From: Antedon mediterranea
Taxonomy: Eukaryota; Animalia; Echinodermata
NCBI RefSeq assembly: GCF_964355755.1
Contig: NC_092680.1
Span: forward strand, 12,276,001 to 12,340,000
Length of the DNA stretch: 64,000 nt
Reading direction: 5' to 3'
Shown: in pieces, positions 15,453 to 29,495 of the stretch
How the letters are laid out: every line of letters begins with the position of its first letter
How positions within the stretch are numbered: position 1 is the stretch's first letter
Translations under genes and position numbers: made by a program
Notes under the pieces: generated by a model
The model's input: the letters and a program-made list of their open reading frames with translations, nothing else
The model's database searches: none
What the model was told of the DNA's origin: nothing

Positions 15453-16362
15453 TCAGCGAGAGAGAGAGAGATAGATCAGCGAGAGAGAGATAGATCAGCG
15501 AGAGAGAGATAGATCAGCGAGAGGGAGAGATAGATCAGCGAGAGAGAGATAGATCAGCGAGAGAGAGATAGATCAGCGAGAGAGAGATAGATCAGCGAGA
15601 GAGATAGATCAGCGAGAGAGAGAGATAGATCAGCGAGAGAGAGAGAGATAGATCAGCGAGAGAGAGAAAGATCAGCGAGAGAGAGATAGGTCAGCGACAG
15701 AGAGATAGATCAGCGAGAGAGATAGATCAGCGAGAGAGATATAGGTCAGCGAGAGAGAGATAGATCAGCGAGAGAGAGAGATAGATCAGCGAGAGAGAGA
15801 AAGATCAGCGAGAGAGAGATAGATCAGTGAGAGAGAGATAGATCAGCGAGAGAGAGATAGATTTGCGGGGGAGAGATAGATCAGCGAGAGAGAGAGAGAT
15901 AGATCAGAGAGAGAGAGATAGATCAGCGAGAGAGAGATAGATCAGCGAGAGAGAGATAGATTAGCAAGAGAGAGATAGATCAGCGAGAGAGAGATAGATC
16001 AGCGAGAGAGAGAGAGATAGATCAGAGAGAGAGATAGATCAGCGAGAGAGAGATAGATCAGCGAGAGAGAGATAGATCAGCGAGAGAGAAATAGATCAGC
16101 GAGAGAGAGATAGATAGATCAGCGAGAGAGAGATAGATAGATCAGCGAGAGAGAGAGAGATAGATCAGCAAGAGAGAGATAGATCTGCGAGAGAGAGAGA
16201 TAGATCAGCGAGAGCGAGACAGATTAGCGAGAGAGATAGATCTGCGAGAGAGAGATAGATCAGCGAGAGAGAGAGATAGATCAGCGAGAAAGAGATAGAT
16301 CAGCGAGAGAGATAGATAGATCAGTGAGAGAGAGATAGATCAGCGAGAGAGAGAGAGATAGA

Positions 16363-16399
<37 letters not shown>

Positions 16400-18461
16400 T
16401 CAGCGAGAGAGAGAGAGATAGATCAGCGAGAGAGAGATAAATCAGCGAGAGAGAGATAGATCAGCGAGAGGGAGAGATAGATCAGCGAGAGAGAGATAGA
16501 TCAGCGAGAGAGAGATAGATCAGCGAGAGAGAGATAGATCAGCGAGAGAGATAGATCAGCGAGAGAGAGAGATAGATCAGCGAGAGAGAGAGAGATAGAT
16601 CAGCGAGAGAGAGAAAGATCAGCGAGAGAGAGATAGGTCAGCGACAGAGAGATAGATCAGCGAGAGAGATAGATCAGCGAGAGAGATATAGATCAGCGAG
16701 AGAGAGAGATAGATCAGCGAGAGAGAGAGATAGATCAGCGAGAGAGAGAAAGATCAGCGAGAGAGAGATAGATCAGTGAGAGAGAGACAGATCAGCGAGA
16801 GAGAGATAGATTAGCGGGGGAGAGATAGATCAGCGAGAGAGAGAGAGATAGATCAGAGAGAGAGAGAGATAGATCAGCGAGAGAGAGATAGATCAGCGAG
16901 AGAGAGATAGATTAGCAAGAGAGAGATAGATCAGCGAGAGAGAGATAGATCAGCGAGAGAGAGAGAGATCAGCGAGAGAGAGATAGATCAGCGAGAGAGA
17001 GATAGATCAGCGAGAGAGAGAGAGATAGATCAGCGAGAGGGATAGATTAGCGAGAGGGAGAGATAGATCAGCGAGAGAGAGATAGATCAGCGAGAGAGAG
17101 ATAGATCAGCGAGAGAGATAGATCAGCGAGAGAGAGATAGATAAGCGAGAGAGAGATAGATCAGCGAGAAAGAGAGATGGATCAGCGAGAGAGAGAGATA
17201 GATCAGCGAGATAGAGAAAGATCTGCGAGAGAGAGATAGATCAGCGAGAGAGAGATAGATCAGCGAGAGAGAGATAGATCAGCGAGAGAGAGATAGATCA
17301 GCGAGAGAGAGAGATAGATCAGCGAGAGAGAGATAGATCAGCGAGATAGAGAAAGATCAGCGAGAGAGAGATAGATCAGTGACAGAGACATAGATCAGCG
17401 AGAGAGAGATAGATCAGCGAGAGAGATATAGATCAGCGAGAGTGAGATAGATCAGCGAGAGATAGATAGATCAGCGAGAGAGAGAGAGAGAGATAGATCA
17501 GCAAGAGAGAGATAGATCAGCGAGAGAGAGAGAGATCAGCGAGAGAGAGAGAGATAGATCAGCGAGAGAGAGATAGATAGATCAGCGAAAGAGAGATAGA
17601 TCAGCGAGAGAGAGAGAGATAGATCAGCGAGAAAGAGATAGATCAGCGAGAGAGATAGATAGATCAGCGAGAGAGAGATAGATCAGCGAGAGAGAGAGAG
17701 ATAGATCAGCGAGAGAGAGAGAGATAGATCAGCGAGAGAGAGATAGATCAGCGAGAGAGAGATAGATCAGCGAGAGAGAGATAAATTAGCGAGAGAGAGA
17801 TAGATCAGCGAGAAAGAGATAGATCAGCGAGAGAGAGAGAGAGAGAGAGATCAGCGAGAGAGAGAGATAGATCAGCGAGAGAGAGATAGATCAGCGAGAG
17901 AGATATAGATCAGCGAGAGAGAGAGATAGAGATAGATCAGCGAGAGAGAGATAGATCAGCGAGAGAGAGATAGATCAGCGAGAGAGAGATAGATCAGCGA
18001 GAGGGAAAGATAGATCAGCGAGAGAGAGATAGATCAGCGAGAGATATAGATCAGCGAGAGAGAGATAGATCAGCGAGAGAGAGATAGATCAGCGAGAGAG
18101 AGAGATGGATCAGCGATAGAGAGAGATAGATCAGCGAGATAGAGAAAGATCTGCGAGAGAGAGATTGATCAGCGACAGAGAGATGGATCAGCGAAAGAGA
18201 GATAGATCAGCAAGAGAGATATAGATCAGCGAGAGAGAGATAGATCAGCGAGAGAGAGATAGATCAGCGAGAGAGAGAAAGATCAGCGAGAGAGAGATAG
18301 ATCAGCGAGAGAGAAATAGATCAGCGAGAGAGAGATAGATCAGCCAGAGAAAGAGAGAGATAGATCAGCGAGAGAGAGATAGATCAGCGAGAGAGAGAGA
18401 TAGATCAGCGAGAGAGAGATAGATTAGCGAGAGAGAGATAGATCACCGAGAGAGAGATAGA

Positions 18462-18512
<51 letters not shown>

Positions 18513-19635
18513 AGCGAGAGAGAGATAGATCAGCGAGAGAGAGAAAGATCAGCAAGAGAGAGATAGATCAGCGAGAGAGAGATAGATCAGCGAGAGAGAG
18601 AGAGATCAGCGAGAGAGATAGATCAGCGAGAGAGAGATAGATCAGCGAGAGAGATATAGATAGATCAGCGAGAGAGAGATAGATCAGCGAGAGAGATATA
18701 GATCAGCGAGAGAGAGATAGATCAGCAAGAGAGAGATAAATCAGCGAGAGAGAGAGAGAGATAGATCAGCGAGAGGGAGAGATAGATCAGCGAGAGAGAG
18801 ATAGATCAGCGAGAGAGAGAGAGATAGATCAGTGAGAGGGAGAGATAGATCAGCGAGAGAGAGATAGATCAGCGAGAGAGAGATAGATCAGCGAGAGAGA
18901 GATAGACCAGCGAGAGAGAGATAGATCAGCGAGATAGAGAGATAAATCAGCGAGAGAGATAGATCAGCGAGAGAGAGATAGATCAGCGAGAGGGAGAGAT
19001 AGATCAGCGAGAGAGATATAGATCAGCGAGAGAGAGATAGATCAGCGAGAGAGATATAAATCAGCGAGAGAGAGATAGATCAGCGAGAGAGAGATAGATC
19101 AGTGAGAGAGAGAAAGATCAGCGAGAGAGAGATAGATCAGTGAGAGAGAGATAGATCAGCGAGAGAGAGATAGATTAGCGAGAGAGAGATAGATCAGCGA
19201 GAGAGAGAGAGATAGATCAGAGAGAGAGAGATAGATCAGCGAGAGAGAGATAGATCAGCGAGAGAGAGATAGATTAGCAAGAGAGAGATAGATCAGCGAG
19301 AGAGAGATAGATCAGCGAGAGAGAGATAGATCAGCGAGAGAGAGATAGATCAGCGAGAGAGAAATAGATCAGCGAGAGAGAGATAGATAGATCAGCGAGA
19401 GAGAGATAGATAGATCAGCGAGAGAGAGAGAGATAGATCAGCAAGAGAGAGATAGATCAGCGAGAGAGAGAGATAGATCAGCGAGAGCGAGATAGATTAG
19501 CGAGAGAGATAGATCTGCGAGAGAGAGATAGATCAGCGAGAGAGAGAGATAGATCAGCGAGAAAGAGATAGATCAGCGAGAGAGATAGATAGATCAGTGA
19601 GAGAGAGATAGATCAGCGAGAGAGAGAGAGATAGA

Positions 19636-19678
<43 letters not shown>

Positions 19679-21495
19679 TCAGCGAGAGAGAGAGAGATAG
19701 ATCAGCGAGAGAGAGATAGATCAGCGAGAGAGAGATAGATCAGCGAGAGGGAGAGATAGATCAGCGAGAGAGAGATAGATCAGCGAGAGAGAGATAGATC
19801 AGCGAGAGAGAGATAGATCAGCGAGAGAGATAGATCACCGAGAGAGAGAGATAGATCAGCGAGAGAGAGAGAGATAGATCAGCGAGAGAGAGAAAGATCA
19901 GCGAGAGAGAGATAGGTCAGCGACAGAGAGATAGATCAGCGAGAGAGATAGATCAGCGAGAGAGATATAGATCAGCGAGAGAGAGAGATAGATCAGCGAG
20001 AGAGAGAGATAGATCAGCGAGAGAGAGAAAAACCAGCGAGAGAGAGATAGATCAGTGAGAGAGAGACAGATCAGCGAGAGAGAGATAGATTAGCGGGGGA
20101 GAGATAGATCAGCGAGAGAGAGAGAGATAGATCAGAGAGAGAGAGAGATAGATCAGCGAGAGAGAGATAGATCAGCGAGAGAGAGATAGATTAGCAAGAA
20201 AGAGATAGATCAGCGAGAGAGAGATAGATCAGCGAGAGAGAGAGAGAGAGATCAGCGAGAGAGAGATATATCAGCGAGAGAGAGATAGATCAGCGAGAGA
20301 GAGATAGATCAGCGAGAGAGAGAGAGATAGATCAGCGAGAGAGATAGATTAGCGAGAGGGAGAGATAGATCAGCGAGAGAGAGATAGATCAGTGAGAGAG
20401 AGATAGATCAGTGACAGAGACATAGATCAGCGAGAGAGAGATAGATCAGCGAGAGAGATATAGATCAGCGAGAGTGAGATAGATCAGCGAGAGATAGATA
20501 GATCAGCGAGAGAGAGAGAGAGAGATAGATCAGCAAGAGAGAGATAGATCAGCGAGAGAGAGAGAGAGATCAGCGAGAGAGAGAGATAGATCAGCGAGAG
20601 AGAGATAGATAGATCAGCGAAAGAGAGATAGATCAGCGAGAGAGAGAGATAGATCAGCGAGAAAGAGATAGATCAGCGAGAGAGATAGATAGATCAGCGA
20701 GAGAGAGATAGATCAGCGAGAGAGAGAGAGATAGATCAGCGAGAGAGAGAGATAGATCAGCGAGAGAGAGATAGATCAGCGAGAGAGAGATAGATCAGCG
20801 AGAGAGAGATAAATTAGCGAGAGAGAGATAGATCAGCGAGAAAGAGATAGATCAGCGAGAGAGAGAGAGAGAGAGAGAGATCAGCGAGAGAGAGAGATAG
20901 ATCAGCGAGAGAGAGATAGATCAGCGAGAGAGATATAGATCAGCGAGAGAGAGAGATAGAGATAGATCAGCGAGAGAGAGAGATAGATCAGCGAGAGAGA
21001 GATAGATCAGCGAGAGAGAGATAGATCAGCGAGAGGGAAAGATAGATCAGCGAGAGAGAGATAGATCAGCGAGAAATATAGATCAGCGAGAGAGAGATAG
21101 ATCAGCGAGAGAGAGATAGATCAGCGAGAGAGAGAGATGGATCAGCGATAGAGAGAGATAGATCAGCGAGATAGAGAAAGATCTGCGAGAGAGAGATTGA
21201 TCAGCGACAGAGAGATGGATCAGCGAAAGAGAGATAGATCAGCGAGAGAGATATAGATCAGCGAGAGAGAGATAGATCAGCGAGAGAGAGATAGATCAGC
21301 GAGAGAGAGAAAGATCAGCGAGAGAGAGATAGATCAGCGAGAGAGAAATAGATCAGCGAGAGAGAGATAGATCAGCGAGAGAGAGAGAGAGAGATAGATC
21401 AGCGAGAGAGAGATAGATCAGCGAGAGAGAGAGATAGATCAGCGAGAGAGAGATAGATTAGCGAGAGAGAGATAGATCAGCGAGAGAGAGATAGA

Positions 21496-21526
<31 letters not shown>

Positions 21527-24500
21527 TCAGCGAGAGAGAGATAGATCAGCGAGAGAGAGAAAGATCAGCAAGAGAGAGATAGATCAGCGAGAGAGAGATA
21601 GATCAGCGAGAGAGAGAGAGATCAGCGAGAGAGATAGATCAGCGAGAGAGAGATAGATCAGCGAGAGAGATATAGATAGATCAGCGAGAGAGAGATAGAT
21701 CAGCGAGAGAGATATAGATCAGCGAGAGAGAGATAGATCAGCAAGAGAGAGATAAATCAGCGAGAGAGAGAGAGATAGATCAGCGAGAGGGAGAGATAGA
21801 TCAGCGAGAGAGAGATAGATCAGCGAGAGAGAGAGAGATAGATCAGCGAGAGGGAGAGATAGATCAGCGAGAGAGAGATAGATCAGAGAGAGAGAGATAG
21901 ATCAGCGAGAGAGAGATAGACCAGCGAGAGAGAGTTAGATCAGCGAGATAGAGAGATAGATCAGCGAGAGAGATAGATCAGCGAGAGAGAGATAGATCAG
22001 CGAGAGGGAGAGATAGATCAGCGAGAGAGATATAGATCAGCGAGAGAGAGATAGATCAGCGAGAGAGATATAAATCAGCGAGAGAGAGATAGATCAGCGA
22101 GAGAGAGATAGATCAGTGAGAGAGAGAAAGATCAGCGAGAGAGAGATAGATCAGTGAGAGAGAGATAGATCAGCGAGAGAGAGATAGATTAGCGAGAGAG
22201 AGATAGATCAGCGAGAGAGAGAGAGATAGATCAGAGAGAGAGAGATAGATCAGCGAGAGAGAGATAGATCAGCGAGAGAGAGATAGATTAGCAAGAGAGA
22301 GATAGATCAGCGAGAGAGAGATAGATCAGCGAGAGAGAGATAGATCAGCGAGAGAGAGATAGATCAGCGAGAGAGAAATAGATCAGCGAGAGAGAGATAG
22401 ATAGATCAGCGAGAGAGAGATAGATAGATCAGCGAGAGAGAGAGAGAGATAGATCAGCAAGAGAGAGATAGATCAGCGAGAGAGAGAGATAGATCAGCGA
22501 GAGCGAGATAGATTAGCGAGAGAGATAGATCTGCGAGAGAGAGATAGATCAGCGAGAGAGAGAGATAGATCAGCGAGAAGGAGATAGATCAGCGAGAGAG
22601 ATAGATAGATCAGTGAGAGAGAGATAGATCAGCGAGAGAGAGAGAGATAGATCAGCGAGAGAGAGAGAGAGAGAGAGAGATAGATCAGCGAGAGAGAGAG
22701 AGATAGATCAGCGAGAGAGAGATAGATCAGCGAGAGAGAGATAGATCAGCGAGAGGGAGAGATAGATAAGCGAGAGAGAGATAGATCAGCGAGAGAGAGA
22801 TAGATCAGCGAGAGAGAGATAGATCAGCGAGAGAGATAGATCAGCGAGAGAGAGAGATAGATCAGCGAGAGAGAGAGAGATAGATCAGCGAGAGAGAGAA
22901 AGATCAGCGAGAGAGAGATAGGTCAGCGACAGAGAGATAGATCAGCGAGAGAGATAGATCAGCGAGAGAGATATAGATCAGCGAGAGAGAGAGATAGATC
23001 AGCGAGAGAGAGAGATAGATCAGCGAGAGAGAGAAAGATCAGCGAGAGAGAGATAGATCAGTGAGAGAGAGACAGATCAGTGAGAGAGAGATAGATTAGC
23101 GGGGGAGAGATAGATCAGCGAGAGAGAGAGAGAGATAGATCAGAGAGAGAGAGAGATAGATCAGCGAGAGAGAGATAGATCAGCGAGAGAGATAGATTAG
23201 CAAGAGAGAGATAGATCAGCGAGAGAGAGATAGATCAGCGAGAGAGAGAGAGATCAGCGAGAGAGAGATAGATCAGCGAGAGAGAGATAGATCAGCGAGA
23301 GAGAGATAGATCAGCGAGAGAGAGAGAGATAGATCAGCGAGAGAGATAGATTAGCGAGAGGGAGAGATAGATCAGCGAGAGAGAGATAGATCAGCGAGAG
23401 AGAGATAGATCAGCGAGAGAGATAGATCAGCGAGAGAGAGATAGATCAGCGAGAGAGAGATAGATCAGCGAGAGAGAGAGATGGATCAGCGAGAGAGAGA
23501 GATAGATCAGCGAGATAGAGAAAGATCTGCGAGAGAGAGAGATAGATCAGCGAGAGAGAGATAGATCAGCGAGAGAGAGATAGATCAGTGAGAGAGAGAT
23601 AGATCAGCGAGAGAGAGAGATAGATCAGCGAGAGAGAGATAGATCAGCGAGATAGAGAAAGATCAGCGAGAGAGAGATAGATCAGTGACAGAGACATAGA
23701 TCAGCGAGAGAGATATAGATCAGCGAGAGAGATATAGATCAGCGAGAGTGAGATAGATCAGCGAGAGATAGATAGATCAGGGAGAGAGAGAGAGAGAGAT
23801 AGATCAGCAAGAGAGAGATAGATCAGCGAGAGAGAGAGAGATCAGCGAGAGAGAGAGATAGATCAGCGAGAGAGAGATAGATAGATCAGCGAAAGAGAGA
23901 TAGATCAGCGAGAGAGAGAGAGATAGATCAGCGAGAAAGAGATAGATCAGCGAGAGAGATAGATAGATCAGCGAGAGAGAGATAGATCAGCGAGAGAGAG
24001 AGAGAGATAGATCAGCGAGAGAGAGAGATAGATCAGCGAGAGAGAGATAGATCAGCGAGAGAGAGATAGATCAGCGAGAGAGAGATAAATTAGCGAGAGA
24101 GAGATAGATCAGCGAGAAAGAGATAGATCAGCGAGAGAGAGAGAGAGAGATCAGCGAGAGAGAGAGATAGATCAGCGAGAGAGAGATAGATCAGCGAGAG
24201 AGATATAGAACAGCGAGAGAGAGAGATAGAGATAGATCAGCGAGAGAGAGATAGATCAGCGAGAGAGAGATAGATCAGCGAGAGAGAGATAGATCAGCGA
24301 GAGGGAAAGATAGATCAGCGAGAGAGAGATAGATCAGCGAGAGATATAGATCAGCGAGAGAGAGATAGATCAGCGAGAGAGAGATAGATCAGCGAGAGAG
24401 AGAGATGGATCAGCGATAGAGAGAGATAGATCAGCGAGATAGAGAAAGATCTGCGAGAGAGAGATTGATCAGCGACAGAGAGATAGATCAGCGAAAGAGA

Positions 24501-24740
24501 GATAGATCAGCGAGAGAGAGATAGATCAGCGAGAGAGAGATAGATCAGCGAGAGAGAGAAAGATCAGCGAGAGAGAGATAGATCAGCGAGAGAGAAATAG
24601 ATCAGCGAGAGAGAGATAGATCAGCGAGAGAGAGAGAGATAGATCAGCGAGAGAGAGATAGATCAGCGAGAGAGAGAGATAGATCAGCGAGAGAGAGATA
24701 GATTAGCGAGAGAGAGATAGATCAGCGAGAGAGAGATAGA

Positions 24741-24797
<57 letters not shown>

Positions 24798-25163
24798 AGC
24801 GAGAGAGAGATAGATCAGCCAGAAAGAGATAGATCAGCGAGAGAGAGAGAGATAGATCAGCGAGAGAGAGATAGATCAGCGAGAGAGAAATAGATCAGCG
24901 AGAGAGAGATAGATAGATCAGCGAGAGAGAGATAGATAGATCAGCGAGAGAGAGAGAGAGATAGATCAGCAAGAGAGAGATAGATCAGCGAGAGAGAGAG
25001 ATAGATCAGCGAGAGCGAGATAGATTAGCGAGAGAGATAGATCTGCGAGAGAGAGATAGATCAGCGAGAGAGAGAGATAGATCAGCGAGAAGGAGATAGA
25101 TCAGCGAGAGAGATAGATAGATCAGTGAGAGAGAGATAGATCAGCGAGAGAGAGAGAGATAGA

Positions 25164-25200
<37 letters not shown>

Positions 25201-27275
25201 TCAGCGAGAGAGAGAGAGATAGATCAGCGAGAGAGAGATAGATCAGCGAGAGAGAGATAGATCAGCGAGAGGGAGAGATAGATAAGCGAGAGAGAGATAG
25301 ATCAGCGAGAGAGAGATAGATCAGCGAGAGAGAGATAGATCAGCGAGAGAGATAGATCAGCGAGAGAGAGAGATAGATCAGCGAGAGAGAGAGAGATAGA
25401 TCAGCGAGAGAGAGAAAGATCAGCGAGAGAGAGATAGGTCAGCGACAGAGAGATAGATCAGCGAGAGAGATAGATCAGCGAGAGAGATATAGATCAGCGA
25501 GAGAGAGAGATAGATCAGCGAGAGAGAGAGATAGATCAGCGAGAGAGAGAAAGATCAGCGAGAGAGAGATAGATCAGTGAGAGAGAGACAGATCAGTGAG
25601 AGAGAGATAGATTAGCGGGGGAGAGATAGATCAGCGAGAGAGAGAGAGAGATAGATCAGAGAGAGAGAGAGATAGATCAGCGAGAGAGAGATAGATCAGC
25701 GAGAGAGATAGATTAGCAAGAGAGAGATAGATCAGCGAGAGAGAGATAGATCAGCGAGAGAGAGAGAGATCAGCGAGAGAGAGATAGATCAGCGAGAGAG
25801 AGATAGATCAGCGAGAGAGAGATAGATCAGCGAGAGAGAGAGAGATAGATCAGCGAGAGAGATAGATTAGCGAGAGGGAGAGATAGATCAGCGAGAGAGA
25901 GATAGATCAGCGAGAGAGAGATAGATCAGCGAGAGAGATAGATCAGCGAGAGAGAGATAGATCAGCGAGAGAGAGATAGATCAGCGAGAGAGAGAGATGG
26001 ATCAGCGAGAGAGAGAGATAGATCAGCGAGATAGAGAAAGATCTGCGAGAGAGAGAGATAGATCAGCGAGAGAGAGATAGATCAGCGAGAGAGAGATAGA
26101 TCAGCGAGAGAGAGATAGATCAGCGAGAGAGAGAGATAGATCAGCGAGAGAGAGATAGATCAGCGAGATAGAGAAAGATCAGCGAGAGAGAGATAGATCA
26201 GTGACAGAGACATAGATCAGCGAGAGAGATATAGATCAGCGAGAGAGATATAGATCAGCGAGAGTGAGATAGATCAGCGAGAGATAGATAGATCAGGGAG
26301 AGAGAGAGAGAGAGATAGATCAGCAAGAGAGAGATAGATCAGCGAGAGAGAGAGAGATCAGCGAGAGAGAGAGATAGATCAGCGAGAGAGAGATAGATAG
26401 ATCAGCGAAAGAGAGATAGATCAGCGAGAGAGAGAGAGATAGATCAGCGAGAAAGAGATAGATCAGCGAGAGAGATAGATAGATCAGCTAGAGAGAGATA
26501 GATCAGCGAGAGAGAGAGAGAGATAGATCAGCGAGAGAGAGAGATAGATCAGCGAGAGAGAGATAGATCAGCGAGAGAGAGATAGATCAGCGAGAGAGAG
26601 ATAAATTAGCGAGAGAGAGATAGATCAGCGAGAAAGAGATAGATCAGCGAGAGAGAGAGAGAGAGATCAGCGAGAGAGAGAGATAGATCAGCGAGAGAGA
26701 GATAGATCAGCGAGAGAGATATAGAACAGCGAGAGAGAGAGATAGAGATAGATCAGCGAGAGAGAGATAGATCAGCGAGAGAGAGATAGATCAGCGAGAG
26801 AGAGATAGATCAGCGAGAGGGAAAGATAGATCAGCGAGAGAGAGATAGATCAGCGAGAGATATAGATCAGCGAGAGAGAGATAGATCAGCGAGAGAGAGA
26901 TAGATCAGCGAGAGAGAGAGATGGATCAGCGATAGAGAGAGATAGATCAGCGAGATAGAGAAAGATCTGCGAGAGAGAGATTGATCAGCGACAGAGAGAT
27001 AGATCAGCGAAAGAGAGATAGATCAGCGAGAGAGATATAGATCAGCGAGAGAGAGATAGATCAGCGAGAGAGAGATAGATCAGCGAGAGAGAGAAAGATC
27101 AGCGAGAGAGAGATAGATCAGCGAGAGAGAAATAGATCAGCGAGAGAGAGATAGATCAGCGAGAGAGAGAGAGATAGATCAGCGAGAGAGAGATAGATCA
27201 GCGAGAGAGAGAGATAGATCAGCGAGAGAGAGATAGATTAGCGAGAGAGAGATAGATCAGCGAGAGAGAGATAGA

Positions 27276-27316
<41 letters not shown>

Positions 27317-27498
27317 AGCGAGAGAGAGATAGATCAGCCAGAAAGAGATAGATCAGCGAGAGAGAGAGAGATAGATCAGCGAGAGAGAGATAGATCAGCG
27401 AGAAAGAAAAAGATCAGCGAGAGAGAGAGATAGATCAGCGACAGAGAGATAGATCAGCGAGAGAGAGATAGATCAGCGAGAGAGATATAGATCAGCGA
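1409..27498 (+). repeat. Satellite array, modal 19-bp unit GATCAGC(GA)5TA, purine-rich on the + strand
   Basis: Continuous tandem units over ~26 kb. GA run length varies (17/19/21/23-bp units), and point variants recur (GATTAGC, CAGTG, CAGCAA, GGTCAGCGACAG). Confidence 0.99.
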
Positions 27499-27650
27499 TC
27501 TATCTCTCTCTCGCCGATCTCTCTCTCTCTCTCTCTCTCCCCCGCTGATCTATCTCTCTCGCTGATCTCTCTCTCTCTCTCTCTCGCTGATCTATCTCTC
27601 TCTCGCTGATCTATCTCTCTCGCTGATCTATCTCTCTCTCGCTGATCTAT
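27497..27650 (-). repeat. ~150-bp block of the same satellite in inverted orientation
   Basis: The + strand switches to TCTCTCGCTGATCTAT units at the junction ATAGATC-AGC-GATCTAT and runs directly into the (AAT)n LINE tail. Confidence 0.97.
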
Positions 27651-28919
27651 AATAATAATAATAATAACAGGGTTTTTATAGCGCACATACCACTCAAGAG
27701 TGCTCAAGGCGCATTCAAAAAAAAAATTAAAACAAATCATACAAATGCCTGACAAATAAAATGCAATTTCTTTGGAGGGTCCCCATCCGTTCTTGTTCTG
27801 TCGCGGTCTCGGACCCCTACCTAGATGACCAAACAAAGGAACAGGATACACATTTGCCTTGCCACAGACGACCGGGTGCTCAGAGACAACAACCAAGATA
27901 AGATAATGCTGGTCAGGAAAAAGTATACTATAAAATTCTAGAACTTTAAGAAACCTCATGATTTCCATATGCCTTAATGAATAAATGTGTTTTTAATAAT
28001 TTTTTAAAAGTATCAAAAGATTTTGCAAAATCTGATAGAGCTTGGTATTGCATTCCATAGACGAGGAGCAATAACGGTGAAAGCTCTGTCTCCCCATGAG
28101 TGGTGAGACTTAGGTTGATGTAGAAGCAGCGTATCACTAGAACGCAGATCCCGTCTGGGAACATACAGCCTAAGCATGTCAGAAATATATTCAGGAGCCA
28201 TGCCATTAATAGACTTAAAAACATAGAGTAATAATTTAAAAACAATGCGGTACCTAACAGGAAGCCAATGCAAATTTTCCAAGGTATTAGATATGTGTGC
28301 ATATCTTGGTAGTTTTTAACAACTCGTGCCGCTGTATTTTGAATCAGCTGAAGCCTGTGGAGTTGTTTTTGTGGGAGACCAAATAACAAGGAGTTACACA
28401 TATCGAGACGCGAACTAACAAATGCATGTACAAGTTGCTCAGCAGCTGCACGATTTAAGTATTTTCTGATGCCTTGAATATTTCTTAAATGATATGACGA
28501 TGCAGACGTAATTTTAGAAATTATGAGCCGTCATTGTCATATTAGAATCCAGAATTACACCAAGATTTGTAACTTGTGTAGTATTTTTAGTACAAAAGTT
28601 ACCAATGGAAACCCTCTTAGATGGAATTTTCTCTAATTGTTGTTGCGAACCAAATAGAATGCACTCAGTCTTATCATCATTAAGTTTCAAAAAGTTTTTG
28701 GCCATCCAGACACGAATTTCCGAGATACATTTTTCAAGCAAATCAATTGATAATTCACCCTTTGTCATGGTAGGTTTAAACGATATATATATCTGAGTGT
28801 CATCAGCGTAAACATGATAACTAAGATTATATTTCTTAATGATATCACGAATAGGATATACATAAATTGTAAACAATTGTGGACCTAACGGAACAGAGTA
28901 ATTTAAAGTGGTAGGTTGA
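27650..28919 (-). mobile_element. L2/CR1-group non-LTR retrotransposon, 3' part (degenerate RT C-terminus, 3'UTR, (TTA)n tail)
   Basis: Motifs LGPQLF, YHVYADDTQIY, LKLNDDKTE, NLGVILDS, LQLIQNTAAR, LHWLPV, GDRAF, LWN and LLKTHLF lie in shifted frames. The 3' end reads GCGCCTTGAG...GCGCTATAAAAA then (TTA)n, typical of L2 elements. The GVPQGSVLGP motif is partly deleted. Confidence 0.93.
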
Positions 28920-29495
28920 AACACGATTTTGTGCCATAACGGATTTCTACAATCCGCATTATTTATAGAATTTTCCTAAAAAAAAGCTATCATTAGAATT
29001 AAAAATATTATTTGAAAAAACAGATGTGGTTGTAAGATTTGTTTAATTATTGAGAAACATACAGTTTGATAATGTCAGCCATAATGTACATTATGGTAAA
29101 TATTTTAGAGATAGAAAAAGATCAATAAAATAGATCGACAATATGCAAATCCTTGTTTATTCTATAAATTTATAATTCGCTATCATTTTTATAATTATAG
29201 AAAAAAACATACTAGCTTTTTTAGGTTAAAATATACTGTCCGTTTTCCAAAACAACAATAGACATTACACAATGAGTTTTGTTCGGATTATGAGCTTCTT
29301 ATTTAAACTAGGTTTAATGTGCAGAAACTGCTTTATTTAATAAAAAAATAAATGGTATGGGCCAAAAAAATCTTTATAATGTCCATTTTTTTCGCGAAGT
29401 ACACACAAAGCAAAGAAAACAAATTTTAATAACTGCAGAATATTTTTAATTTTTAATCATTCATTGTTTTAATACAACTTTACTATAAAGTTCAT

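Noticed and set aside
1409-27498. Telomeric repeat or coding repeat
   Set aside because: The unit is unlike G-rich telomere repeats, the array is internal, and variable GA length destroys any reading frame.
27492-27968. 158-aa ORF with an ER-rich tail
   Set aside because: Chance reading through the LINE 3'UTR, tail and inverted satellite.
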